A program made the translations under genes and the position numbers. Positions 44,809 to 54,542 of a stretch of DNA of 64,000 nucleotides are shown here, one piece after another. Positions within the stretch are counted from its first letter, which is position 1. Each line of letters begins with the position of its first letter. The notes beneath the pieces were generated by a model. It was not told where the DNA came from. It saw only the letters and a program-made list of their open reading frames with translations, and searched no databases. Origin of the DNA: a virus; the IMG/VR virus record IMGVR_UViG_3300045988_148900, positions 32,001 through 96,000 of that record; one strand, given 5' to 3'.

Positions 44809-45133
44809 AATTTAAAACTTTTGTTAAAATAAAATCTATAAAGACATCTAAAATGGACTCCAAGCCTGCATAAGGACAGTACGGAAACCTAAGCTCACCA
44901 TACTGTGCGTCGCAAGACCCGCTAAGTAAGCCCTCAATCTGTAAAAACGAATCGTCTGAAACGCGTACAAGCCTAATGAAGCCAAAGACACCTAAATCGT
45001 CCCAGCCAAAACTTACACAACCACGAGTTGGGATGACAGGAGACAACAACGGCGACTGAGGCTGAACTATAAGGACATTCATCAGCTCCCACCGCAAACG
45101 ACGACGCAACTCGAACTCTAAATCAAAATCCAT
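44786..45133 (-). CDS. hypothetical protein
   Basis: 115 aa, ATG 45133, preceded by a host-type -7 box. Confidence 0.5.
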   Translation of the reverse strand: MDFDLEFELRRRLRWELMNVLIVQPQSPLLSPVIPTRGCVSFGWDDLGVFGFIRLVRVSDDSFLQIEGLLSGSCDAQYGELRFPYCPYAGLESILDVFIDFILTKVLNYGKKCRS

Positions 45134-45137
45134 AACG

Positions 45138-45145
45138 CAAAAGTA
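45138..45145 (-). promoter_or_regulatory. host-type -7 box TACTTTTG
   Basis: Minus strand reads TACTTTTG-CGTT-ATG, upstream of 44786-45133. A TTTG lies about 20 nt further upstream. Confidence 0.4.
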
Positions 45146-45175
45146 AGTAGAATAAAATTGATAAACAAATTGTAT

Positions 45176-48028
45176 CTACCGCATTGACGCTAAAAAAGAC
45201 TTGCTAAGACACTCCTCGCACAACGTGAACCCTTTGCCGGAACCCACATCAAGCACTGCAGGACGGCCACAGCACTTACAAGAATGAAACTCACGAGAAC
45301 GCAAGGTAGTAACGCAATCAACTGCAGTACCCCTAAAAAGCTTGTTCGGGTGAACACGCTTCGGACGTAAAACCGCCTGAATGTAATACCACGGATTACA
45401 ACGCACCGGAATGACTAAGACACCCTTAGATCCTCCGCGACCGTCTGAGACGACCAATGGGGCGGAAAGCGGCCCAGACCTCAACATATATGGCTTATAC
45501 TTGTCTCCCTCCAAATGTAAGGTAGAACCGTCATACTTAGGAAGCACAAAAGACCAAACGTCCATAGGCAAATCCGACCGGAAAGAAAACAGATTCAAAT
45601 CATCCAACGAAATTGGAATATCAGAAACATCATCTGAAACCCCAAGAACCTCAAAGGACACACTACGGGAATTTAACCCCTGAAAGAACTGACTAACAGC
45701 CGAAACATCATTATAAGACCGAAACTCCAAGTCCACAAGCTGGCTCCCGCCAACATCCCAATGACTATCCGGATAACTCTGACCATAAAGAGAATTAACC
45801 TGCGACACCCGAATAAAAGAATCACAAAGACCCTGATTACACCTTAAAAGACTTGACGCAAAAAGATGCGACGTGGCGCGCGGATTTAGAATTCTGCCAT
45901 AGGACGTCCTCTTTAATCTGAAACGCAGAATATGGGCCGCCTCTGGCTTCTTGTGGGCCTTTATATCGTCGGCGGAGATGGTCGAAGGCAAAGAACGACG
46001 AGACGCAAGACCCGAACGCCCGCAGGCATGGCAATCTGAAACACGAACACCCGGAGAACCTGAAAGAAAACCATCAGATCCTAACGAGACATCCGCAAAC
46101 TGAAAGACCGGATTATTCGAAACCAAAAAAGACGAACAAACACCCCTACACGAATCGGTGCGCAAACACCGAGGCATGCTGAAATCCGGAAAACCTGACG
46201 ACGAAAGACCCTTACGCTCCTGATACCGACGAACGCCATCCAAGCTCGTATGAACCCAATGCAACAACGATATGTAACCATTAAATGAACGCTTATCGAA
46301 GAAGCCTGACTCATCACTACCAATCATAGTACGAAGAGACTTAAAGAAAGGCAAGTCGCGTAAAGACCGCAGCTTATACAAGTTCGAACCCGACGCAACC
46401 TCCCGATGAAGCAACGGAGTCAGACGACGACCAAAGGACACCAAAGCCTGCTCAAGCAGCGTGCTATAACGATAACCATTAACCTCAAAGCGAACACCAA
46501 GCTCGTCCGTGAACCGAGAATACCACTCAGTCGAAATCCACTGACCGTCGTCAAAACTAAGACGAGCAGCGCGCTTCTCAATACACTCCAAAGGCGTCAA
46601 CGGATACTGAACCAAAGGCGTAGCCTTAAACCGTATAGGTAACTTGCCCCCACGACTTGCAGCATACGTAAGCCAACGCTTCGTGAAGCCATAAAGCCAC
46701 TGCCAGTCCGACTCCTCCTCGTAACCCGAAAGAACAAGACCAATCTTAATATCCAAGCAACCCCTATGAATCATGAAGCGCATATAAGACTCCAAAGCCT
46801 CCTCCGAAAGACCCTTATTATAAAGACTGTTCCATATCCGAGGACTAACACCCTCAATAGGAGCCGTGCCGCGACGAAAACCTAAGGCGAAAAGAAGCTC
46901 CATAGCATCTTCATCCTTCCCAAGCTCCTCCATGCGCATATTGCTGAACGTAACCGTAGGAAACACATCCTGAACCTTAGCTACCGTGCCCTTCCAATCC
47001 GTCAAATAGTTGAGATTATAGGCGGCGAGCTTAACCGTATCCGACGCACTCCGAAGCTTAGCAACACGCGCCATAGAAACAATGGTATCCTGAGACTCCT
47101 CCTGTAAGCCACCCGCAAGATGACCCTCAGCACAGAAAGAACAGTTGCCCGCAAAACCACAACCCTCGGCGGCCGAAACCATAGCCAAATTGGTATTACC
47201 ACCATTGCCGCGAATATAACCCGCAGCAGCCCCAAGCAAACCCTCAGGCTTGGACGAACCCAGACAGAAAGTAGCATGATCTGGAGCATCTGCACGAACA
47301 CGACATGTAGACACAATCCTATTACCGCACCACTCAAAAGAATAAGACTGCGGCTGGTAAAAACAAAAAGAACCTTGACTATACCATAAGTAATTCAAAT
47401 ATTGATCCACCGTAGTAGTAGACCGTGGAAAAGAACCCATAGCGTCAAAAAGAAGCTTCTCGTCCCACGTCTGACCCAAATACATGAAGTCTAAGTAACT
47501 ATAACGACCGTCACCAAGAGACCCAAACAAAACATCAGCATAAACAACAGACGCACCTCCCGCATAAATAAGAGGAACATCGGTACGACCATTCCGCTCC
47601 GTGTACGACAACGGAATAGGCTTATCGCACCTGCTGAACGTAGCAAGCATCCACGGAACAACCGGAATCTCATAAAGACACGAAATACTAAAACCAACAA
47701 TGTCAAAATGAGACGGATCGAGATGAGACGAAATACCAATAGCATAAGGAACCTGCTCCTTATCATACCAGCGTATATCATCCCTATGCGGTAGAAACGC
47801 AAAGTCTATAAATACGCCCGGACAGCAAGTCTTAACCCAGTCGAGCAAGACCGTAGGAGTCATCGAATGAGTCTTATCAAAAGACGACGACGGAAAGACT
47901 ATAAGCAACTTCAGATTAGAAGCAGCATAAGCGTCCATAGACATCAGACCTGCATCCGGGTTGTAAAACTCACACCCGTCATGCAAGACTGACTTGTAAC
48001 TCTCTATAAACCGCTCGCTACGTGTCAC
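45176..48028 (-). CDS. large radical-SAM-like protein with B12-binding-like N-terminal region and C-terminal zinc ribbon
   Basis: 950 aa. The Cys cluster is AEGCGFAGNCSFCAEG (Cx5Cx2C). GTAPIEGVSPRIWNSLYNKG resembles the G.ES...L...K region of radical SAM enzymes. The C-terminus carries CKCCG...CEEC. The GTG start overlaps the upstream TGA (GTGA). Confidence 0.5.
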   Translation of the reverse strand: MTRSERFIESYKSVLHDGCEFYNPDAGLMSMDAYAASNLKLLIVFPSSSFDKTHSMTPTVLLDWVKTCCPGVFIDFAFLPHRDDIRWYDKEQVPYAIGISSHLDPSHFDIVGFSISCLYEIPVVPWMLATFSRCDKPIPLSYTERNGRTDVPLIYAGGASVVYADVLFGSLGDGRYSYLDFMYLGQTWDEKLLFDAMGSFPRSTTTVDQYLNYLWYSQGSFCFYQPQSYSFEWCGNRIVSTCRVRADAPDHATFCLGSSKPEGLLGAAAGYIRGNGGNTNLAMVSAAEGCGFAGNCSFCAEGHLAGGLQEESQDTIVSMARVAKLRSASDTVKLAAYNLNYLTDWKGTVAKVQDVFPTVTFSNMRMEELGKDEDAMELLFALGFRRGTAPIEGVSPRIWNSLYNKGLSEEALESYMRFMIHRGCLDIKIGLVLSGYEEESDWQWLYGFTKRWLTYAASRGGKLPIRFKATPLVQYPLTPLECIEKRAARLSFDDGQWISTEWYSRFTDELGVRFEVNGYRYSTLLEQALVSFGRRLTPLLHREVASGSNLYKLRSLRDLPFFKSLRTMIGSDESGFFDKRSFNGYISLLHWVHTSLDGVRRYQERKGLSSSGFPDFSMPRCLRTDSCRGVCSSFLVSNNPVFQFADVSLGSDGFLSGSPGVRVSDCHACGRSGLASRRSLPSTISADDIKAHKKPEAAHILRFRLKRTSYGRILNPRATSHLFASSLLRCNQGLCDSFIRVSQVNSLYGQSYPDSHWDVGGSQLVDLEFRSYNDVSAVSQFFQGLNSRSVSFEVLGVSDDVSDIPISLDDLNLFSFRSDLPMDVWSFVLPKYDGSTLHLEGDKYKPYMLRSGPLSAPLVVSDGRGGSKGVLVIPVRCNPWYYIQAVLRPKRVHPNKLFRGTAVDCVTTLRSREFHSCKCCGRPAVLDVGSGKGFTLCEECLSKSFLASMR

Positions 48029-48402
48029 CGCTTATTGAAGTGATAAGATAAACCATAGAGCCCATTACATGGACTATCATCCAAAGTGTAGCCATAATCC
48101 CACATGGTGTTAATCTGAGCCTGCGTAGGATAACCAACACACATAGGATGACGATAAGAGGCATCAACCTGAACAGAAATATAACCTCGCTGAGTCATGT
48201 AATCATCCGGATGAGGAACAAAGGGAAAACGCTGCTGAGCAATGCATCTATGAAGAGACATTATGCTAACCGCTATGAGCTCCGAGGTATCACCATCCTC
48301 CGGCCTGTAGTACAGCACATTGCCATCCGGAGCAACCCAAAACTCGTTACGAATCCGACGCTCCGCCTCTAATAACCACTCGTCCTCAACACCCGTACCC
48401 AT
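48025..48402 (-). CDS. hypothetical protein
   Basis: 125 aa. Its stop overlaps the start of the radical-SAM-like gene. Confidence 0.5.
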   Translation of the reverse strand: MGTGVEDEWLLEAERRIRNEFWVAPDGNVLYYRPEDGDTSELIAVSIMSLHRCIAQQRFPFVPHPDDYMTQRGYISVQVDASYRHPMCVGYPTQAQINTMWDYGYTLDDSPCNGLYGLSYHFNKR

Positions 48403-48420
48403 CTCCTAAGCTTAAAAAAA

Positions 48421-48933
48421 CTACATATCCGACAAGTCGTAATCGCACGGCACGTAACCCCGAGACTCCAAAGCTGCGGCCATACGCGCCGCGCGCTCCA
48501 TAGGCCAGTCATAACCCACAGTCTTCGGCAGAAGAAGCCACGCGGAAGACAACAACGTGTAAACCTCAGACTCGAAATCCACAGAACCGTCCGTCGGCCG
48601 AGAAAGCATGTACATGTAATGACCATCGGCGGACTTCCCAACCGACCGTCCGTAAGCATAAACGTTAACTACAAGACAATTTACATCGCCGAGACCATGC
48701 AACGTAGCATCTGAACTCTGAGGACTCCGACGAACCAAAACCCTGAGCTCGCAACCATCCTGATATTCATCGTACTGACGCTCATCAAGATATCGATAAG
48801 CGTCTCTACGAATGCAATAAGGGTCATCGAAGGCAAGAACGCCGCAGATGCTACTGTCATCATCCGCACGGCTAATAGTCATGTTAGGACATACAGAAAG
48901 CCGCGCCAAACACATTCCAAAATCGTTTTTCAT
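48421..48933 (-). CDS. hypothetical protein
   Basis: 170 aa, ATG 48933. Confidence 0.5.
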   Translation of the reverse strand: MKNDFGMCLARLSVCPNMTISRADDDSSICGVLAFDDPYCIRRDAYRYLDERQYDEYQDGCELRVLVRRSPQSSDATLHGLGDVNCLVVNVYAYGRSVGKSADGHYMYMLSRPTDGSVDFESEVYTLLSSAWLLLPKTVGYDWPMERAARMAAALESRGYVPCDYDLSDM

Positions 48934-48982
48934 AGCACATTAAAATGGTATATAATCTCCAAAACTAAAATAGCTTCAACAA

Positions 48983-49372
48983 TCAACAACACATGGCTCG
49001 ACGTAAGCTCGAACGTAAGATATCGCAGCGAAGATCGTAATTCGGACACCAGCGATCACTGACTGCATCGAGTGTCATCAAGCGGTTACGCGGAACCCCC
49101 TTAGGACTACGTGACAAGTAACGTACTGAGCAATAAACATAGCACACAGAGTAACCAAAGCGTACACGATAGATGCTACCACGAAGGCAATCCCTATCGG
49201 GCTGCTTATCATAACCATGCAAACCGCAAACGCACTTCACGGTAGCAGCAACCCCATGACCCGGAAAGCCTGCGGATATACATGTGGAGATAACAGAGCG
49301 GAGGATAGACTTCTCACTCTTAAACTCACTCCCTAACAAAGCAGGCGATAAAACTCTCGACAAAGATTCCAT
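48983..49372 (-). CDS. hypothetical Cys-rich protein
   Basis: 129 aa, with a host-type -7 box upstream. Confidence 0.45.
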   Translation of the reverse strand: MESLSRVLSPALLGSEFKSEKSILRSVISTCISAGFPGHGVAATVKCVCGLHGYDKQPDRDCLRGSIYRVRFGYSVCYVYCSVRYLSRSPKGVPRNRLMTLDAVSDRWCPNYDLRCDILRSSLRRAMCC

Positions 49373-49391
49373 CTCGTAGCTAATTATACCA

Positions 49392-49399
49392 CAAAGATA
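49392..49399 (-). promoter_or_regulatory. host-type -7 box TATCTTTG
   Basis: Plus-strand caaagata lies 19 nt upstream of ATG 49372. Confidence 0.4.
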
Positions 49400-49541
49400 A
49401 AAACGTTAAATTAATAAAACAAATAAAAACCATGGAAAATTGCTTCTATCGCAAAAAAAGATGGATGGAGACATACGACTCCATCCACCATCGACTACAT
49501 TTGCAAAGCTCCTAAAAGGAAGCTACTACCATAAACGTAAA

Positions 49542-51863
49542 CTAATCCTTCTTAGGCTCGTAAGACTCCGGAGAAACATCAATACTCGGATAAGCTGCCT
49601 TAGCGGCATTAACGATCTTCTTAACAAGACCCGCAACATCAAGGTCGCCGGAATACCAAGTAGGTTTCTCCGTCATCTTATTCGCGTAAGCAATAGCCGC
49701 ACGGGCGCGGGCAAGACTGTTCAGAGGATAGTGACACTTGCCGTCATTCACATCCGGAGAATCCTTCGGGAAAACACAATCCGTCCGAGGAGCATCGGCA
49801 GAATCATTAACTGCAACCACATTAAACCCGTCGAAGTAAGAATTCAGAATGCGAACTGCGGCAGCAATAGTATCTGAAGCGTCGCCTCCAAAAGCCTCAA
49901 AATCGCCAAGCAAGTCCTTAAGTTCCGAAAGACCCGGCGTGGGAACTTTCCACGAAGCTACAGTAGCATCACCATCAAAAACCGAGATATGAGCCACATT
50001 AAGTTTACCATTCAAGGCAGACCGCAAACCCAAATTGGTGCTCTCAAAGTCAAATTTGACACCGCCAGACTCTACGGGAATAAACACCTCGATAGAACCA
50101 TCCCCAGCCTGATCGAAGGTATAACCTTCTCCGTGGAGAAGCAAAAGCAAATCTGTCATATCAATACCCGGATCATCTGACGAGTCTACAACCCACTTCA
50201 TCGAAGAAGCATAGTAAGGATCATCTTTATGCTCCTCGACAAAAGACTTAGCCTGTGCCAGATTGTGGTCGTAATCCTCCTTGATCAACTCGGAAATTGA
50301 ATGATTCTTACCATTGGGCGAAAAATACTCAATCCCATACAGATCACGACCCTTCTCATCCTGCTTGCCAAGACTACCCAAATAACCAATGGTCTGACCA
50401 AGAGACATCAAATCCACACCATCCCAGTTAATCGTATCGGATGTCTTCGCCCAATCGGCATCCTGATAAGGATTCACAACACCCGGACGAACAAACTCCG
50501 GTGTAAGACCCGACTCCGAAACATAAACACTATCCGAAACCTTCGCCGAATCCGACACGCCAATATTAGCCTTCTTTACACTCTGAACAACATCGATAAA
50601 GTCATAGGCATCATCTGCTGCCTGCACAAACCAAAGAAGTGCCAAAAGAGACTCAACCTTCTTGTAAAAGTCAAAAGGTACGACAGTTTCATAAGGATCA
50701 GAATCTGCATCTGACGGATTCTCGTAAGAGTAGAATACAATCTTATCCGGATACAACGAAATATGACCCTCATTGCCGTCGCCAAGCTTGTAGTAACCGG
50801 AAACAAGGTCCTTGGTATCATCCTCGACTGTAAAAGCACTATCCTCATGAAGACGCTTAGAAACTGTATCGAACCACAACGAACGATCGATATCTCCTGA
50901 TACTGAAATCTTAGTATCTCCGTCGGAAACAGCAGAGACACCAACCCGTTGGCCCTGATACCACCGAGTAGGGGTCGAGTCTTCAACCTTCCCAAGCGAC
51001 GCCAAATCACCATACACATGTGACGCCTTAGCGTCAATGCCGTAATCGAAACCACGACGCTTGCCATCCGACGTCCGAGCCTCAACCGTAATCTTAGGCT
51101 CCTTGTCCTTACTGTAAGCCTTAACACTCACAATAGCACCTCCGAGGTCCTTCAAATCCAAAGTAATACCCTTAATCTCTGCGGGCTTACCGGAAACCTT
51201 GAAGTTCTCCTTCACAAGCTTCAAAGCACCCGAAATCTTAGAAAGATCAGAAGCCTTCGAATCCGAAACCTTAGCGCGCTGAACAGGCTTGCCTACACGC
51301 TGACCTCCGTCCACCTTCGAAATATAATCCCGACCCCGAGTGACTCCAGAACCCGAAGGACGAGCATGATTGACAGGACGACCCAAACGCTCTCCAGACA
51401 TATAACGAACAGGAGAACCACCATTCCGATTCTTGGCGTCCACATACACCGCATCAGACACCTTCAAGTCCTCCAGCTTATCTACATCCTCCCCGGCATG
51501 CTTCTGTAAGACGTCAATAAACCGACGGAACTTATTGAGCTTCTCGCCAGCCTCCTTGCCAGAAATACCCAAGAAACGAGCCAAGTCTCCCATCTCTGAC
51601 TCTGACAAATTACGCTTACTCGAACCCTCAACTACCACGGACTCCCCGTCCAAGTACACATCCACATAGACAAAAGGAGCATCCGGCTTCTCGCCCGTGT
51701 AAATACGATACCCATCACGACGAGGCATAACCGTAACAAAAGACTCAAGACCCGCCTTACGCAAAGCACCCTCAAGGTACTCCTTAAGACGCTCGTTGGA
51801 GTCACAAACACGAGAATAGCTGTCACATACAACCTCCTCGAAAAAACCACCCTGTTTACCCAT
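49542..51863 (-). CDS. large acidic hypothetical protein
   Basis: 773 aa from ATG 51863 (MGKQGGFFEE...). It is in the same frame as 52056-52919 across two TAG codons. Confidence 0.55.
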   Translation of the reverse strand: MGKQGGFFEEVVCDSYSRVCDSNERLKEYLEGALRKAGLESFVTVMPRRDGYRIYTGEKPDAPFVYVDVYLDGESVVVEGSSKRNLSESEMGDLARFLGISGKEAGEKLNKFRRFIDVLQKHAGEDVDKLEDLKVSDAVYVDAKNRNGGSPVRYMSGERLGRPVNHARPSGSGVTRGRDYISKVDGGQRVGKPVQRAKVSDSKASDLSKISGALKLVKENFKVSGKPAEIKGITLDLKDLGGAIVSVKAYSKDKEPKITVEARTSDGKRRGFDYGIDAKASHVYGDLASLGKVEDSTPTRWYQGQRVGVSAVSDGDTKISVSGDIDRSLWFDTVSKRLHEDSAFTVEDDTKDLVSGYYKLGDGNEGHISLYPDKIVFYSYENPSDADSDPYETVVPFDFYKKVESLLALLWFVQAADDAYDFIDVVQSVKKANIGVSDSAKVSDSVYVSESGLTPEFVRPGVVNPYQDADWAKTSDTINWDGVDLMSLGQTIGYLGSLGKQDEKGRDLYGIEYFSPNGKNHSISELIKEDYDHNLAQAKSFVEEHKDDPYYASSMKWVVDSSDDPGIDMTDLLLLLHGEGYTFDQAGDGSIEVFIPVESGGVKFDFESTNLGLRSALNGKLNVAHISVFDGDATVASWKVPTPGLSELKDLLGDFEAFGGDASDTIAAAVRILNSYFDGFNVVAVNDSADAPRTDCVFPKDSPDVNDGKCHYPLNSLARARAAIAYANKMTEKPTWYSGDLDVAGLVKKIVNAAKAAYPSIDVSPESYEPKKD

Positions 51864-52055
51864 AACAGCTGAAATATAGAAATAAAACAATAACTACTTC
51901 TGACGACCGGAACTACGACGATTCGCAGGGTAACGACCCGGAACACTCGAACCAATATCCGACATCCGAGTAACACCGTCGGAACAATCCTGCGCCTTCA
52001 TAGGATAATCCCCATACTGATCGATGTAGATAGCCTCGTAACGGGAATTGTCATC

Positions 52056-52919
52056 CTAGAGAAAACCCTCCTGAAACAAAGACAAGGCGACATCATCATA
52101 GTTTATTTTTTGATCTGCAGACTCTACGGCCGAAAATAACAACGTAGGCTTGCCGGACGCTGCATCTACTGCTACTACATGAACAAAACCTGCGTCTGCG
52201 TAAATGTCGCCCGAACGAGGTGTATCTCCCGTCACAAACTTAGGAACCCCGGCATTATCTACACGAATAAGTCCATTCGTATACCCATCGCCAAGAGGAG
52301 CTACAACAAAATAAGCCTTATCGCCATAAACACCATCAAGCATAGGATCGCCGAACTCCTTACGAAGATCGCGCGCAGCACCCTCCAAGAAGTCATTGGC
52401 AAAATCCTGACCAACGCTATCTGAAACACCATACTTGCGCGACGCGTCCCCCTCAAACTCAGCGTAACTATAGGCTACATCGGAATCCGGATAATCCCCA
52501 TACTTCTCCATGTAAGCATCCTCGTAGTACTCCGAGTCCTCCGGAAGAGCATCCTCGTCCAAAAGAATCTCCGCAACACTGGCATTATCCTCATGGCTGA
52601 AGTAAACCTCGTCAAGAACTTCGACGGCACCCGACTTACCGTAAACCTTCACCAAATAAACACTCCCCGGAATAACCGTAACATCTGCATCCGTAGACGC
52701 AGGACAAAAAGTACTATACGGCTTACCATTACCGTCCACACGAACCACAGCCTCAGAGACCCCAGAAGTGTGAGGAACACCCAAAAAGTAAAAGGTATCA
52801 CCGTACTTGTTTTTATACGGGAACCCAAACTCCTGCATGAGGCGATCGGCCTCCGACAAGACATCAGCCTCCGACAGCTGAATATCGCTCAACGACATAT
52901 CCTCTACAAACGAACTCAT
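52056..52919 (-). CDS. acidic protein with internal duplication
   Basis: 287 aa with two related halves (EFGFPYKNKYGDTFYFLGVPHTSG..VRVDGNGKP vs EFGDPMLDGVYGDKAYFVVAPLGDG..IRVDNAGVP). The linker motif YMEKYGDYP recurs after the TAG stop. Confidence 0.55.
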   Translation of the reverse strand: MSSFVEDMSLSDIQLSEADVLSEADRLMQEFGFPYKNKYGDTFYFLGVPHTSGVSEAVVRVDGNGKPYSTFCPASTDADVTVIPGSVYLVKVYGKSGAVEVLDEVYFSHEDNASVAEILLDEDALPEDSEYYEDAYMEKYGDYPDSDVAYSYAEFEGDASRKYGVSDSVGQDFANDFLEGAARDLRKEFGDPMLDGVYGDKAYFVVAPLGDGYTNGLIRVDNAGVPKFVTGDTPRSGDIYADAGFVHVVAVDAASGKPTLLFSAVESADQKINYDDVALSLFQEGFL

Positions 52920-52947
52920 AACTATACAAATTTTTGTTTTGACAAAG

Positions 52948-52955
52948 CAAAGTTA
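52948..52955 (-). promoter_or_regulatory. host-type -7 box TAACTTTG
   Basis: Plus-strand caaagtta lies 28 nt upstream of ATG 52919. Confidence 0.35.
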
Positions 52956-52979
52956 ATTAAAATAGTGCAAACGTCCAAA

Positions 52980-53792
52980 TCATCGCTGCTCCTTAGGCAT
53001 CCGGGCCAGCTTAACATCATTCTTAAAAGGATTCAAGACGGACAACGTGAACTTGGAGCCACTCTTACCTGCAGACCCGGAAACATTCAAAAGAAAACCA
53101 TGATCCATATCATGCGACGGAACATAGGTCATCTGAAGCTCATAATCACCCGACACCGGATTGGCCGAAACATACTTGAGAAAATCCTTGCCCTTAAAGC
53201 TGTCCGTAAGAGGCTTGTTGACAACCCGAGACTGAAGATCCTCCAAGGCCGCCTTATCCTCCGCGGAAAGACGCCCATCCTCCTGACGCGACGAAGCCTT
53301 ACCCAACGCCTCTATGAATGACTTGTAAGCCGACCAATCCAAAGCAAGAATAATAGGCATCGAAAAAGTCATAGACGACAAAGACGCATCGGTGACTCCT
53401 GACGCACCCAAAAGATAAAAACCCTCCGGAAGCTTACAAGACCCATAACCAATCATGGTCGTCTTCGTAGCATCTAAAGCACTCTTAGCGTCCGCCTCCT
53501 TAAGCAAAGAATCGATAGCCTTCTTCTGCTTCTCGTCCCAATCCCTGTCAGCCTCAAGCTCCTTACGGATGGACTCCCAGATGCCCCAAATACCTAAACC
53601 CCCAAGAAGACTCTTGCCAACAGCTCGACGAAAATCCTTAAACTCACTCTTCAAGGCCCGACCAATAGCACTACCCTTTGGCTTATCACCCGACGCATCT
53701 ACAACAGAAAGGCTGTCCAAAATGCGAACCGCATCCTCGACAGACAAATCCGAGTCAAAACCCGAAACACACTCATAGAAATTATCTCCCAT
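52980..53792 (-). CDS. hypothetical protein
   Basis: 270 aa, ATG 53792. Confidence 0.5.
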   Translation of the reverse strand: MGDNFYECVSGFDSDLSVEDAVRILDSLSVVDASGDKPKGSAIGRALKSEFKDFRRAVGKSLLGGLGIWGIWESIRKELEADRDWDEKQKKAIDSLLKEADAKSALDATKTTMIGYGSCKLPEGFYLLGASGVTDASLSSMTFSMPIILALDWSAYKSFIEALGKASSRQEDGRLSAEDKAALEDLQSRVVNKPLTDSFKGKDFLKYVSANPVSGDYELQMTYVPSHDMDHGFLLNVSGSAGKSGSKFTLSVLNPFKNDVKLARMPKEQR

Positions 53793-53797
53793 ACAAA

Positions 53798-54415
53798 CTA
53801 CCTCCTACGAGACTGACGCAACTTTCTATAAAACGGCATGACATCATAGTAACGAAGACGATCAGACCCTAACTTATCAAAAGCAAGATCCAAAGCAGAA
53901 GACCATAAAGACTGAGACATCTCCGGATAGGGAATCTTGCTAAGCTCCGAACGAGTCTGATAAACCATCCAACGCCTCTTCGCATCCGGAGAAACGCCCG
54001 ACGAAACACTACGAGAAGGTGACGACGGACGAGAAGACGACAAGGACTCAGCAAAACTGCCAAAGTCGCCAACACGCGGCGAAACAACAGGATCAAAATC
54101 TATATCCGTGCCATCCTTCGGGAAAGAATGATAACCATCACTCCCATCCTCCGGAAACAAATCCTCAACAAGCCAAGCGGTATCCGTCTCTCCGCGAAAA
54201 CGGTAAGTGACACCATCAATCTCAACCAAAGAACCTACAGAACCACTCGACGCATCCAAAACCTCATCCGACGTCAAAAGTGCAAAAGCCGACGAGTCCG
54301 AAACACGGCAGAGACTATAAACAACGCCACCACGAACACCATCCGAACGCAACGACGAAAGACCCCGACGACGACACTCCGACGCACTCAATCCCGAAAG
54401 AAGCTCTATGACCAT
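53798..54415 (-). CDS. hypothetical Ser/Arg-rich protein
   Basis: 205 aa, with the box 20 nt upstream. Confidence 0.5.
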   Translation of the reverse strand: MVIELLSGLSASECRRRGLSSLRSDGVRGGVVYSLCRVSDSSAFALLTSDEVLDASSGSVGSLVEIDGVTYRFRGETDTAWLVEDLFPEDGSDGYHSFPKDGTDIDFDPVVSPRVGDFGSFAESLSSSRPSSPSRSVSSGVSPDAKRRWMVYQTRSELSKIPYPEMSQSLWSSALDLAFDKLGSDRLRYYDVMPFYRKLRQSRRR

Positions 54416-54435
54416 GAAGCTACGTTAAATTTAAC

Positions 54436-54449
54436 GGATATATAATTGC
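54436..54449 (-). promoter_or_regulatory. conserved phage box GGATATATAATTGC, putative late promoter
   Basis: 20 nt upstream of ATG 54415 and downstream of hairpin 54464-54494. Confidence 0.55.
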
Positions 54450-54463
54450 TTATGCCGCAGACG

Positions 54464-54494
54464 AAAAAACTGCCGAAATGGAGAAGATCTCGGC
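54464..54494 (-). terminator. intrinsic terminator (moderate)
   Basis: Minus strand reads GCCGA-GATCTTCTCCATT-TCGGC followed by AGTTTTTTCG, after the stop of 54543-55757. Confidence 0.45.
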
Positions 54495-54542
54495 GGAAAC
54501 AAAAACATAAAAACAAAAAAAAGAAGCCTAAAGGCGCATAAC

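Noticed and set aside
13104-52919. A recurrent (K/R)VSDS peptide motif in several acidic proteins (13104-14675, 49542-51863, 52056-52919, also 26819-27526), considered as a shared short linear motif or cleavage site
   Set aside because: Val, Ser and Asp are the amino acids most favoured by the G+T-rich codon bias, so a 4-residue VSDS match is expected by chance. There is no consistent flanking context.
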